Assembly (NCBI GenBank): GCA_012269595.1
Contig: JAAXJX010000023.1
Location: 996-64,995, forward strand
From: Planctomycetia bacterium
Lineage (GTDB): Bacteria; Planctomycetota; UBA8108; UBA1146
Reading direction: 5' to 3'
Length of the DNA: 64,000 nucleotides
Below, piece by piece: positions 50,486 to 60,303 of the stretch; the first letter of the stretch is position 1; each line of letters opens with the position of its first letter. The notes beneath the pieces are model-generated. The model did no database searches, was not told the origin of the DNA, and saw only the letters and a program-made list of their open reading frames with translations. Both the position numbers and the translations under genes were made by a program.

Positions 50486-51103
50486 ATGCTTGAACAACAC
50501 CCGCTGCTGCCGTGGATCATCTTCCCTCTGGTCGGGGCCCTCATCGGCTACGCCACCAACTGGCTCGCCGTCAAAATGCTGTTTCGTCCGCGCCACCTCG
50601 TAGGGATCGGCCCGCTGAAATTTCAGGGGGTGGTCCCCCGACGTCAGGAAGCCCTCGCCGACAGCATCGCGGAGACGGTCCACGACGAATTGATCTCCGC
50701 TGAAGATGTCGCCGAACTGGTGCAGAAGATCGCCACCAGTGATGACGTCCGTCAAAAACTTCAGACAAAAATCGATGCCCTCATCGCCGAACAGCTGCAG
50801 AGCCTCGGGCCGATGGCATCCTTCCTGCCCGCTGATCTGGTCGATCGCATCAAGCAGCGCATTGAACAGGAGGTCTTCACCTTTGTCGAAGAGATGGGAT
50901 CGGACCTTCACGGCGTGCTCGGTGACCAGCTCGATGTGAAGGGCAAGGTGCGGGAACGCATCCTCAACTTCGAACTCGATCAGATGGAACAACTGGTCTT
51001 GCGGGTCGCCCGCAAAGAGTTGCGCCACATCGAAATCCTTGGAGGTTTCCTCGGACTGATCGTCGGTCTGGCCCAGGCGGGCCTGCTGCAACTCTGGAGT
51101 TGA
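50486..51103 (+). CDS. DUF445 family protein
   Basis: IGYATNWLAVKMLFRP and ELRHIEILGGFLG. Confidence 0.9.
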   Translation: MLEQHPLLPWIIFPLVGALIGYATNWLAVKMLFRPRHLVGIGPLKFQGVVPRRQEALADSIAETVHDELISAEDVAELVQKIATSDDVRQKLQTKIDALIAEQLQSLGPMASFLPADLVDRIKQRIEQEVFTFVEEMGSDLHGVLGDQLDVKGKVRERILNFELDQMEQLVLRVARKELRHIEILGGFLGLIVGLAQAGLLQLWS

Positions 51104-51105
51104 AG

Positions 51106-51522
51106 TCAGAAACTCTTGAAGACCTTGGCGATGCCGGGGCCCTCGACGTGCATCTGAAACTCGTTGAAGTGACCCCACGGGGTATGCAGCACCTTGTACC
51201 CCACCGACTCCAGACGCTCTCCGACCTCGAGGAGAATCTCCCGGGATGCTTCCGGTTCAGCGGTCTGCTCTGAAAGATGGGCAAAGGAGTGCAGTACCAC
51301 CTGCTCGACCTCCACCTTGCGTGCATGCCATTTCAGATTTTTCAGGGTCTTGCGCACGGTGGCGGCCCGATCTTCCAGATCCTGCGGCTCCACATGCACC
51401 CAGGCGAGGACCGCTCCCCCCGGTTCGGTGGTCGCCTCGACCTCCAACTCCGGCTCCGATTCCAGATTGCGCTGGTGGGATTTGAGCCAGAACTCCCTCA
51501 CATGGAGCATCAGCAGCTTCAT
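51106..51522 (-). CDS. Free-standing archaeal-type threonyl-tRNA synthetase editing domain protein
   Basis: MKLLMLH start, VEPQD, VLHSFAHLS, TPWGHF; about 138 aa; RBS GGAGG. Confidence 0.8.
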   Translation of the reverse strand: MKLLMLHVREFWLKSHQRNLESEPELEVEATTEPGGAVLAWVHVEPQDLEDRAATVRKTLKNLKWHARKVEVEQVVLHSFAHLSEQTAEPEASREILLEVGERLESVGYKVLHTPWGHFNEFQMHVEGPGIAKVFKSF

Positions 51523-51647
51523 TTGGCCTCCTGAAGTGGTCAGCGATTGACCGGCTGTGGATGGGAACGCCCTGAAAGGGTACCATGTGGTCAGATCATG
51601 GCCACTTTTTCCCAAATCCCGGCCAGCCCCTAATTTGTCGAGGAATC

Positions 51648-54600
51648 ATGACCCAGGCCCAGCCCGACCTGCTGCTGAACCACCGTTACCGTCTCTCGGT
51701 CCGTATTGGCCAGGGCGGGATGGGTGAGGTGTGGCAGGCCACCGACGAGGCCCACGGCTCGCGGACGGTGGCCGTCAAAATGATGCCGGATCACCTCGAC
51801 GCCACCGACCGGCGCCGCTTCGAACGGGAAGTCCGGGTTCTGCGCGAGGTCAACCATCCCCATGTGGTGCCCCTCCTCGATCTGGGCTGGCATGGCGATG
51901 CCCTCTTCTATGTCATGGAATACGTCGGCCCCTTCACCCTCGAAGATGTCATCGTCGCCCACCCGGAGGGTCTCCCCGAAAACCGACGGCCGTGGCTCTT
52001 CCAGCGCGCTCTCGAACTTCTGGAAGCACTGCAGCATCTGCACGGCCAGCGTCTGGTACACCGGGATGTCAAACCGGCGAACGTGCTGCTGAAGAGTCAC
52101 CGTGAAAATGTTCAGGAAGTTGGACAACTCCTCGAAGATGGAAACCCGCGGGCCCTCCTCGCCGACCTCGGTCTCGTCGCCCGTGCCGACCTGCACAGCG
52201 CCCTGACGCAAAGTGCTCTGGGGACGCCCCAGTACATGGCACCGGAACGCATCGAAAGTCCGATGGCCATCGATGAACGGTCCGATCTGTGGTCGGTCGG
52301 TGTGCTCCTCTATCGTGGATTGACGGGACGCTTTCCCTTTCCACGTCTGAGTGATGCCCTCTCCCGACAGCCCGCTGCGACCATCGAAGGTCTCAATGAA
52401 CCGCTCTCGGCGGTCGTCCAGTCGCTGCTGCAGTTTGAGCCGCACCGACGACCGGCAGATGCGGGCATCGCCCGCTCGATGCTCCTCGATGCCCTCGAGG
52501 GCCATCAGCAGGCCGCCACCGATCAGCCGGTGATGCGCCGTACCCACCCCGCCTTCACCGGTCGCCAAAGTGCATTGGAAACCCTCAAGAATTGTGCCGC
52601 CCGCAGTGCCCGCGGCAATGGGACGTGGCTTCACATCGAGGGGGATGAAGGGATGGGCAAAAGCTGGCTCCTGCGCCGCAGTGAGTTTCGTTCCCACGCC
52701 CTCGTCGCCGACGGCATGCAACACTTCCACGGCAGTTTCGATGGGCGTGAACCCCATGGCGGTTATCGCCATCTGCTGGAACAGGTCCTCGGTCACCTGG
52801 AGCGCCAGAGCGGCGACCCCCAGAGTGCCAGTGACTCGCTGGGTCCGTGGGGATCGCATCTGCAATCGGTGTTCCCGCGCCTCCTGGGCAACCAGTGGAT
52901 CGAAGGCTGCCCTCCCCAACAGGAAACGATTCCGGAAGAACTGCTCCGTGAACGGGTCTTCGATGCGGTGATCCGCTGTCTGACACAGAACTCAGAAGTC
53001 GAACCGCGCACGCTGATACTGGAAGACATCGACCGCCTCGATGAGTTCGACATGGAACTGCTGCGACGGCTGATCTATGCCGCCGTCGATCTGCCGATCC
53101 TCGTCATCACCACCTCCCAGCCTGTCACACGACAGAAGGGCAGTGCCCTGCAGCGTCTCGGTCAGGATCTGGAACTGGAAAACCGCTTCACCCTCATCAC
53201 GCTCGATCCCCTCGAGGTGGATGAAGGCAGTGCACTGATCCATTCACTGCTGGTGCCGGAAGCAGAGGTCGATCCGGCCGTGACCGAAACTCTCTTCGAA
53301 CGCAGCAATGGTGTGCCGCTCTTGCTGGTACAACTCTTTGGTGGCCTTTGGAATCGCGGTGCCCTGCAATTGGATGCGGGTCGGTGGACCGCGTCCGCCA
53401 CGGATCTGGAAGAGATTCCCGTGCCGGAAATGGCCCGTAATCACTTCCTCGATGTCCTCGAAGAACTCGATGCCCAACAGCGACGGGTCCTCGATGTGGC
53501 GTCCGTCATGAGCGGACTTCTCGATTTCGATGTGCTCTGTGAAGCGTGCGGTCTCGATGAGTTTGAACTCGATACCCAGGCGCGGGTGCTGGTTCGCCAG
53601 GGTCTTCTCTATCAGGAGCCGGAAGGCTTCCGCTGGGGACACACCTGGGAACAGGAGTTTGTCGCTTCCGAGTTGACCCAGCCGATGCGCCAGCGCCTGC
53701 ATCTGCGGTTGGGCAAGATCCTCGAAGCACGCTTTCAGGAAGCGGATGCTCCGGTGCAGGCCATCGCCGAACACTTTGCCAGAGGTGGCGATGAATCGAA
53801 GGGTCGCGAGTGGTTGCTGAAGGCGGCGGATCGGGCGGAATCAGCGTGGGCCCTCGATCGCGCCCTCGAACTGTGTGAGCGGGCCCTCCATGGAACGACC
53901 GATGATGCGGTTCGTCGTACGCTGCTCGCACGCATTGGCGACCTGCGCTGCCGCACCGGTCAACCGGAGTCGGGTCGCGAGGCCTACACCCAGGCGATGG
54001 GTCTGTGGACTGCCATCGAAGGCTGGTGGCTCGAAGAACCGGAGAAATCTCAGGAGGTCCCCGCCGAGTTAACCGAGTACGTCGACCTGATCGGCAAGAT
54101 CGGTGAAGTGCAGATGCGCGCCGGCGAGTACGACCAGGCCCTCGACAGTTTCTCCAAATCGGGAGAGCTGGCACGCTTCGCCGGCATGACTTCCCTGCTG
54201 GCCAGTTCTCGAAGTCGCATGGGCGCTGCCCATACCTTCCGCGATGATCTGACCGCCGCTCGGGAGTGCTACCAGGATGCAGCCACCATCTGTGCGGAAG
54301 ACGACACCCTCGACACCGAATATGTGGTCGCCCTCATAGGCCTCTCCTCCCTCGACCGACGCAGCGGCAAACTGGAAGCCGCCCTCGAACGACTCGATGA
54401 AGCGATGCCCATCGCCGAACGCAGTCAGCATCCGATGCAACGGGCCGGTATCTGGGGACAGCGGGGAACCCTGTACCAGAACCTGGGCCGCTTCAGTGAT
54501 GCGGTGCAGGCGTACGAGATCTCACGACAGGTGCGCGAGGAGATCGGCGATCGCCGTGGCCTCGCCATCACACTGATGAATCAGGGTCGCATCCTGACCA

Positions 54601-55460
54601 GCAGTGGCGAAACCCAACGGGCACGCGAAGTATTACAACAGGCCCTCGACCTGTTCCGTGAAACCGGGGATCTGCAGGGACGGATTCTGACCCTCGGCAA
54701 TCTGGGATCACTGCACTTCCACCGCGGGGAACATCGTCAGTCACGGGAGATGCTGGATGAATATCTGCGCCTCTCCCAACAGCACCGCATCGTTCGTGCT
54801 CAGGCGGATGCTCTCGTCAGTCTCGGCATGCTGCATCTGGAAGCCCATGAATCTGCCCCCGCCATCGAGGTCCTCGCGGAAGGACGCGAACTCTTTGAAA
54901 AGGTCGGCGATGTGCAAGGCACCCTGAGAGCTCGCCTGAATCAGGCGCGGGCCATCGGTCGCTCCGGCGATAACCGTCTCGCCCTCGAATCGGCCCAGGA
55001 GGTCGAAAAGACTGCCCAGGAAAGCCAGGCCACGCCCATCGTCATCGATGCCCTGCGCATTCAGGCGGAAGCGCTTCGATTGCTGGGAGAACTCGATCCC
55101 GCACTGGAGAAGGTCGAGGCCGCCATCGAAATGGTCGCTGACCAGCGTCTGCCCTATGCCGAAGGCTGCTGCTGGCGCACCCTCGGCAAGGTCCAGCGCG
55201 ATCGCGGATTCGAATGGGCCGATCGTGCCGGCATCGCTTTTGAAAAATCACAGGCCATCTTCCGCGATCACGATTGCCAGCATGCCATGGCCGTGACCTG
55301 CCGCGAGTTTGCCGAGTTCCTTCTGGGAGTCGACGAAGCATCTTTGGCAGCGGAGGCCCTGAACATGGCGGCGGAGATCTTTGAAACTCTCGAGAGCCCC
55401 GTCGATCTGAAAATGACTCAGGAACTGATAGAAGCGGGAGGCCTTCATGGAACCTCTTGA
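51648..55460 (+). CDS. Ser/Thr protein kinase + AAA_16/STAND-like ATPase + TPR repeats
   Basis: Kinase motifs GQGGMGEV, VAVK, HRDVKPAN, DLG, GTPQYMAPE; Walker A GDEGMGKS; Walker B LILED; long TPR-like C-terminus. Confidence 0.9.
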   Translation: MTQAQPDLLLNHRYRLSVRIGQGGMGEVWQATDEAHGSRTVAVKMMPDHLDATDRRRFEREVRVLREVNHPHVVPLLDLGWHGDALFYVMEYVGPFTLEDVIVAHPEGLPENRRPWLFQRALELLEALQHLHGQRLVHRDVKPANVLLKSHRENVQEVGQLLEDGNPRALLADLGLVARADLHSALTQSALGTPQYMAPERIESPMAIDERSDLWSVGVLLYRGLTGRFPFPRLSDALSRQPAATIEGLNEPLSAVVQSLLQFEPHRRPADAGIARSMLLDALEGHQQAATDQPVMRRTHPAFTGRQSALETLKNCAARSARGNGTWLHIEGDEGMGKSWLLRRSEFRSHALVADGMQHFHGSFDGREPHGGYRHLLEQVLGHLERQSGDPQSASDSLGPWGSHLQSVFPRLLGNQWIEGCPPQQETIPEELLRERVFDAVIRCLTQNSEVEPRTLILEDIDRLDEFDMELLRRLIYAAVDLPILVITTSQPVTRQKGSALQRLGQDLELENRFTLITLDPLEVDEGSALIHSLLVPEAEVDPAVTETLFERSNGVPLLLVQLFGGLWNRGALQLDAGRWTASATDLEEIPVPEMARNHFLDVLEELDAQQRRVLDVASVMSGLLDFDVLCEACGLDEFELDTQARVLVRQGLLYQEPEGFRWGHTWEQEFVASELTQPMRQRLHLRLGKILEARFQEADAPVQAIAEHFARGGDESKGREWLLKAADRAESAWALDRALELCERALHGTTDDAVRRTLLARIGDLRCRTGQPESGREAYTQAMGLWTAIEGWWLEEPEKSQEVPAELTEYVDLIGKIGEVQMRAGEYDQALDSFSKSGELARFAGMTSLLASSRSRMGAAHTFRDDLTAARECYQDAATICAEDDTLDTEYVVALIGLSSLDRRSGKLEAALERLDEAMPIAERSQHPMQRAGIWGQRGTLYQNLGRFSDAVQAYEISRQVREEIGDRRGLAITLMNQGRILTSSGETQRAREVLQQALDLFRETGDLQGRILTLGNLGSLHFHRGEHRQSREMLDEYLRLSQQHRIVRAQADALVSLGMLHLEAHESAPAIEVLAEGRELFEKVGDVQGTLRARLNQARAIGRSGDNRLALESAQEVEKTAQESQATPIVIDALRIQAEALRLLGELDPALEKVEAAIEMVADQRLPYAEGCCWRTLGKVQRDRGFEWADRAGIAFEKSQAIFRDHDCQHAMAVTCREFAEFLLGVDEASLAAEALNMAAEIFETLESPVDLKMTQELIEAGGLHGTS

Positions 55461-57228
55461 TTACCGCGCACGCGCCGTGCTCGCGCGGATCCGCCAAATG
55501 CTCGACCAGTTCAGCATGAAACTGGAAGTGGACTGGGACTACGACGTCCGCGAAGTCCTCGAGCAGATTCTCACTCTGGCTGTCGGTGAATTGCAGTTCG
55601 GGGATGGGGCTCCCATCGACCGTGCACTACTCATCACCCGTGCCGGCGATGGTGAATTGCTCGAAGCCGGTGCCGGCTGGAGCTCCGGCGAGGAGGACCT
55701 CTCCTTCAGTCGCACCATCGTTGAGGAGACGATCCACTCCGGAAAATCTCTCCTCTGCGAGGACGCCATCGACGATCCACGCTTTCGATCCTCCGACAGT
55801 CTCCGGGGACTCAAGGTCCTGACCCTGCTTTCGGTGCCGCTGCACATGGCCGGAACCACCAGTGGCGCCCTGTATGTGGAACGTCGCGATGCCCGCCACC
55901 TCTTCGGCGATCGCGATCGCACCTTCATCGAAGCCCTCGCCGAAACCATCGCCCCCACCGTGCACACCGCCCTGCAGCATCAGAAGAATGTCCGTGAACT
56001 GCGCCAGCTGCGCTCGCGCAACGAGGCGGAATCCCGAATGGGACATATCATCGGCCAGTCCACCGCCATGCAGCGAACTCTCGAACTGGCCACCACCGCC
56101 GCCCACCTCGACCGCACCGTGCTGATCACCGGTGAATCGGGGGTCGGCAAGGAACTGCTCGCCCAGGCGATCCACACCCAGTCCCCCCGGGCTGATCAGC
56201 CCTTCGTCGTCGTCGACTGCTCTGGTCTTTCCGAATCCCTGCTGGAGAGTGAGCTCTTCGGTCATGTCAAAGGGGCCTTCACCGGTGCCACCGCCGACAA
56301 GATGGGTGCCTTTGAAGCGGCCGAGGGCGGCACCGTCTTTCTCGATGAAATCAGCGACGCATCGATGCCGATGCAACAGGCGCTGCGGCGGGTTTTGCAG
56401 GAGGGAGAGATCCGTCGCGTCGGCGATCGCGAATGGCGACCGGTCAATGTTCGTGTCGTCTGTGCGACCAACCGCGATCTCGCCCGTGAAGTCGAAGAAG
56501 AACGTTTCCTCGTCGACCTTTACCATCGGATTCATGAGTTCCCACTTCGACTCCCTTCCCTGCGTGAACGACGTGAAGACATCCCGCGACTGGCCGAGCA
56601 CTTTGTCGCCATCTTTGGTGAACGCAAAAACCCGCCGGTGCGCGGACTCGATTCAGAAACTCTGACTCTTCTCTCCGGGAGGGACTGGCAGGCGAACAAC
56701 GTCCGTGAGTTGCGCAATGTGATCCAGCTCTGTGTCGATCTGACACCCACCGAGATCATCACCGCCGACGTCCTTCAGCGGGTGCTGAACATTCGCGGTG
56801 AAGAAGGACTCACAGAAGGGACTGAGACCGCACTTCCCCCGGAGGAAGTCCGCTTCAGTCCCGGATCACTGATCCATCTCGATCGCTCCGGCATCGCTGA
56901 TCTGATCCGCTCGGTCCACGAAGAAACTCCCAAGGAGCAGCGGCCCTGGGCCCAGTTGCAAAGAGAGTTTGGTGGATCATTGATTACCGAAACCCTGCGC
57001 CAGACCAAATGGAAACTGCGACCGGCAGCAAGGCTCCTGGGTCTGTCTCCGGTGAAACTGCGCACCGAGTTCCGCCAGTGGATCGAACACCTCCTCGACC
57101 ATTGCGGTGGTCGGCGGGACGAAGTCGCCGATCGACTCGACATGCCCGCCGAAATCCTCGAACGCAAACTCGCCGACTTGGGCATCGGTACTCCCACCGA
57201 AGAAAAAACCGGAGAGGCGGAAGCATGA
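55447..57228 (+). CDS. Sigma-54-dependent activator (GAF-AAA+-HTH)
   Basis: GAF-like region (FSRTIV, LSVPL, GALYV); GESGVGKE; ESELFGHVKGAFTGA; FLDEI; NVREL. Confidence 0.93.
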   Translation: MEPLDYRARAVLARIRQMLDQFSMKLEVDWDYDVREVLEQILTLAVGELQFGDGAPIDRALLITRAGDGELLEAGAGWSSGEEDLSFSRTIVEETIHSGKSLLCEDAIDDPRFRSSDSLRGLKVLTLLSVPLHMAGTTSGALYVERRDARHLFGDRDRTFIEALAETIAPTVHTALQHQKNVRELRQLRSRNEAESRMGHIIGQSTAMQRTLELATTAAHLDRTVLITGESGVGKELLAQAIHTQSPRADQPFVVVDCSGLSESLLESELFGHVKGAFTGATADKMGAFEAAEGGTVFLDEISDASMPMQQALRRVLQEGEIRRVGDREWRPVNVRVVCATNRDLAREVEEERFLVDLYHRIHEFPLRLPSLRERREDIPRLAEHFVAIFGERKNPPVRGLDSETLTLLSGRDWQANNVRELRNVIQLCVDLTPTEIITADVLQRVLNIRGEEGLTEGTETALPPEEVRFSPGSLIHLDRSGIADLIRSVHEETPKEQRPWAQLQREFGGSLITETLRQTKWKLRPAARLLGLSPVKLRTEFRQWIEHLLDHCGGRRDEVADRLDMPAEILERKLADLGIGTPTEEKTGEAEA

Positions 57229-57515
57229 AGGTCGGCGTCATCAAGGCTCACCTGCAGGTCCCAGGTTCCCGCTCTCTCAAGGAGAAGCGCCACGCCATCC
57301 GCAGCCTCAAGGATCAATTGCAATCGCGCTTTAAAGTCTCTGTCGCTGAAGTCGATGATCAGGACCTGCACCAGAGTGCGGTGCTCGGCGTCTCCTTCGT
57401 CGCCAGTGATGGAAAGAATGCCCAGTCACGTCTGCAAAATCTGGTGAACTTTATCGAGGACTACCGAAATGCGGTCGTCGTCGCCATCGACAAGGAGATC
57501 CTCCACGAGGATTAA
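57225..57515 (+). CDS. DUF503 (YlxP-like) protein
   Basis: SLKEKR, FKVSVAEVD; ATGA overlap with the upstream gene. Confidence 0.9.
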   Translation: MKVGVIKAHLQVPGSRSLKEKRHAIRSLKDQLQSRFKVSVAEVDDQDLHQSAVLGVSFVASDGKNAQSRLQNLVNFIEDYRNAVVVAIDKEILHED

Positions 57516-57656
57516 GGGAGTTCTTGAACTCTTGTCCCCGAAAGATGGAGATCCCGGCGAATCTTTCCCTAAATGGGACAACGACCTTGGCGAAGGCGGA
57601 CCTCTTCGGATAACTTTGCGGTTCCTCGAGACGGCCTCCACGGAAGGTGTACGACA

Positions 57657-59159
57657 TTGAAAATCCAGGCATTGGGACACTCCTGTTTCATCCTTGAAAT
57701 GGAAAACACCTCCGGTGAACCGGTGAGAATTCTCGCCGATCCCTGGCTCGACGATCATGTGGTCGGCGATGTCGGCGGCCGCTTTCCGCGGGTACGGGCG
57801 GACTGGTCCCGACTGGGTCCCGTCGACGCCGTGTGGATCTCCCACGCCCACACCGATCACCTGTGTCCCTATTCGCTGATCACCCTGAAAGGGGAGCTCC
57901 CCGCGGGCACGGCTCTCTTCCTGCCAATCAGCATGGCCTATCTCGAGGATGTCTTCCGTGAGTATCTGCCCGACTGGCCGATTCATTTCATGGCTCAGGA
58001 AGAAGCGATCGAATGGAAGGGTCTGCAGATGCAGGCCTTCTTCAACCTGGCCCCCGAGGCCAGCAACGAAGATGACTGCATGATTCTGTTGGTCAGCAAT
58101 GGCCGTGAGGCGATCCTCTCCGAAGCAGATGCCCTGCTGCCCAATGAGGATCCGGAGATTCGGGAACTGGTGGCACAGGTTCTGGGTCAGGCGGGCCCCG
58201 AGCAAAGGGTCTTCCTTACCACCCGCAATGAACTGGAAGCATCCATGGCCAGTGTCGATGCAACCAATCAGGATGAACGGATGGAAGCGGTCGCCCAGCA
58301 GAGACAGCAGCTGGCCCACCATGCCGAATCGCAAATGTCCGCCAACGGCAGTGAAAACTGTGCGTGGACCACCCCCGGGACCGTACGCCTGATCATCGGT
58401 CAGGGCATCGGTCTCCCCCATGAGATTCCCGATCCGTGGAACAAGGTCATGTTCCCGCTGACGCTGGAAGACCGGGCCCGTCTCGAGCAGGAAACTGCGG
58501 ATCGTGAAGGGATGCCGGTGACCGTTTCAGCGGTGCAGGCGGGAGAAGAACTGACGATCCGTCGTGGCCAGATCGCCATCCGCGATCGCATCGAAGGTCT
58601 TGAGGTCCTCGATGCCGAAGAGGAGCGCCGCTTTGACGGCAACCTGGATCTGGTGGCCCAGTTTCCGGTCGCTCCCCTGCGTGAGGGACAGCGGGACACC
58701 GAAGCCCAGCACGCCGCAATCCTGCAATCGTTGCAGGAGCGTTACCTGCCCTATCTCATCGGCCAACGTCAACCACCGGTGGAGCACCGTCTCTCAGCGA
58801 GTCACGGTGAAATCCGCGTGCGCATTCGCTATGGCGATTCATCCCAGTGGACCCCCCGTGATTACGTCGCCAACTTCCAGCAGCTGCAATTTCAGGAAGT
58901 GGAATCAGACGGAGTTCCGACGGAAGAATACTGGGGTAACGATCTCGACGACTACTTTCAGGGAACCGCCGACGACTTCACGACCTTCTGCCGTACCTTC
59001 CCCGGTGGAGTACACCACCAGTTCTGGGACTGTCTCGGCATGCCGTTCCTGAACAACGATCTGGTCACCAGGAAGATCCGCCACCACTTCGAACAGGCAC
59101 AGGCCGGCAAAAGCGCCGCCGACTTCGTCCTGCCGCTTTGGGGAATTTCCTCGGACTGA
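57657..59159 (+). CDS. Metallo-beta-lactamase-fold protein with long C-terminal extension
   Basis: LGHSCF, DPW, SHAHTDH; TTG start estimated. Confidence 0.8.
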   Translation: MKIQALGHSCFILEMENTSGEPVRILADPWLDDHVVGDVGGRFPRVRADWSRLGPVDAVWISHAHTDHLCPYSLITLKGELPAGTALFLPISMAYLEDVFREYLPDWPIHFMAQEEAIEWKGLQMQAFFNLAPEASNEDDCMILLVSNGREAILSEADALLPNEDPEIRELVAQVLGQAGPEQRVFLTTRNELEASMASVDATNQDERMEAVAQQRQQLAHHAESQMSANGSENCAWTTPGTVRLIIGQGIGLPHEIPDPWNKVMFPLTLEDRARLEQETADREGMPVTVSAVQAGEELTIRRGQIAIRDRIEGLEVLDAEEERRFDGNLDLVAQFPVAPLREGQRDTEAQHAAILQSLQERYLPYLIGQRQPPVEHRLSASHGEIRVRIRYGDSSQWTPRDYVANFQQLQFQEVESDGVPTEEYWGNDLDDYFQGTADDFTTFCRTFPGGVHHQFWDCLGMPFLNNDLVTRKIRHHFEQAQAGKSAADFVLPLWGISSD

Positions 59160-59160
59160 A

Positions 59161-60303
59161 TCAGCCCTCCAGCAGGTGGCGGGCGATGATGATTCGCTGA
59201 ATCTGGTTGGTGCCTTCGTAGATCTGCATCACCTTGGCATCGCGCATCAACTTCTCGACCGGGTATTCCTTGGAGTAACCGTAGCCACCAAAGATCTGTA
59301 CCGCGTCAGTGGAGACCCGCATCGCCATATCCCCGGCGAAGCACTTGGCCATCGAGCACTGCTTGGTGTTGCGGGTGCCCTGATCGATCATCCATGCGGA
59401 CTGGTAGGTGAGCAAACGGGCCGCTTCCACATCCCGGGCCATGTCGGCGAGCATGAACTGGATCGCCTGCTGGCGAGCGATAGGCTTGCCGAAGGCTTTA
59501 CGCTCCTGGGCATAGCGCACGGACTCTTCGAGGGCACGGCGACCGATGCCGACCGCAGCAGCAGCGACGCCGGGACGGGTGCGATCGAAGGTCTTCATGG
59601 CGATCTGGAAGCCCTTGCCCTCGTCGCCGATACGATTTTCAACCGGGACTTTGACATCCTGGAAGTTGATGAAGACCGTGTTGGAGGCACGCTGGCCCAT
59701 CATGTCTTCCTTCTTGCCGATGTCGATGCCGTCTGCATCCGCAGGGATGACGAAACAGGTGATGCCCTCGTAGCCACTGCCGGGATCGGTGGTGGCGAAG
59801 AGGGTAAAGAAGCGGGAGTGGGCTCCGCCGGAGACCCAGGCCTTGGTGCCGTTGATCACGTAGTGATCCCCCTGCAATACCGCGGTGGTCCGCAGACCGG
59901 CGGCATCACTGCCGGCGTCCGGCTCGGAGAGACAGTAGGAGGCGGTGCAGTGCTCCTCGGTGAGCATGCCGAGCCACTTCTGCTTCTGCTCTTCGGTACC
60001 GCCGATCTGGATCGGCACGGAGGAGAGATTATTGACGGTCATGCTGATGGCCATGCCGGCACAGCCGTAGGCGAGCTCTTCGGTGATGATCGCCTCTTCC
60101 ATGTGTCCCAGATCTCCGCCGCCGTAGGCATCGGCGATGGTGATGTTCATCAGGCCCAGTTCGAAGGCTTTGGAGGCGATTTCCGTCGGATACAGACCAT
60201 CCCGATCGTGGTGCTCGGCGGCGGGAATCACTTCGTTGGCGACAAACTCGCGGGTCATCGCCTCGAGCATCTGCTGTTCTTCGGAGAGGGCAAAGGAGAC
60301 CAT
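59161..60303 (-). CDS. Acyl-CoA dehydrogenase
   Basis: CLSEPDAGSD, NGTKAW, RKAFGKPI, QIFGGYGY, IYEGTNQIQR. Confidence 0.97.
   Translation of the reverse strand: MVSFALSEEQQMLEAMTREFVANEVIPAAEHHDRDGLYPTEIASKAFELGLMNITIADAYGGGDLGHMEEAIITEELAYGCAGMAISMTVNNLSSVPIQIGGTEEQKQKWLGMLTEEHCTASYCLSEPDAGSDAAGLRTTAVLQGDHYVINGTKAWVSGGAHSRFFTLFATTDPGSGYEGITCFVIPADADGIDIGKKEDMMGQRASNTVFINFQDVKVPVENRIGDEGKGFQIAMKTFDRTRPGVAAAAVGIGRRALEESVRYAQERKAFGKPIARQQAIQFMLADMARDVEAARLLTYQSAWMIDQGTRNTKQCSMAKCFAGDMAMRVSTDAVQIFGGYGYSKEYPVEKLMRDAKVMQIYEGTNQIQRIIIARHLLEG

Noticed and set aside
6284..56601. Other long antisense ORFs (6284-7312, 11460-12416, 18946-20043, 21371-22303, 48529-49641, 51630-52919, 55627-56601)
   Set aside because: Each lies opposite a well-supported gene and has no recognisable motif
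51523..57656. Sigma-54 promoters near the activator
   Set aside because: No convincing TGGCAC-N5-TTGC in the intergenic regions I inspected by eye
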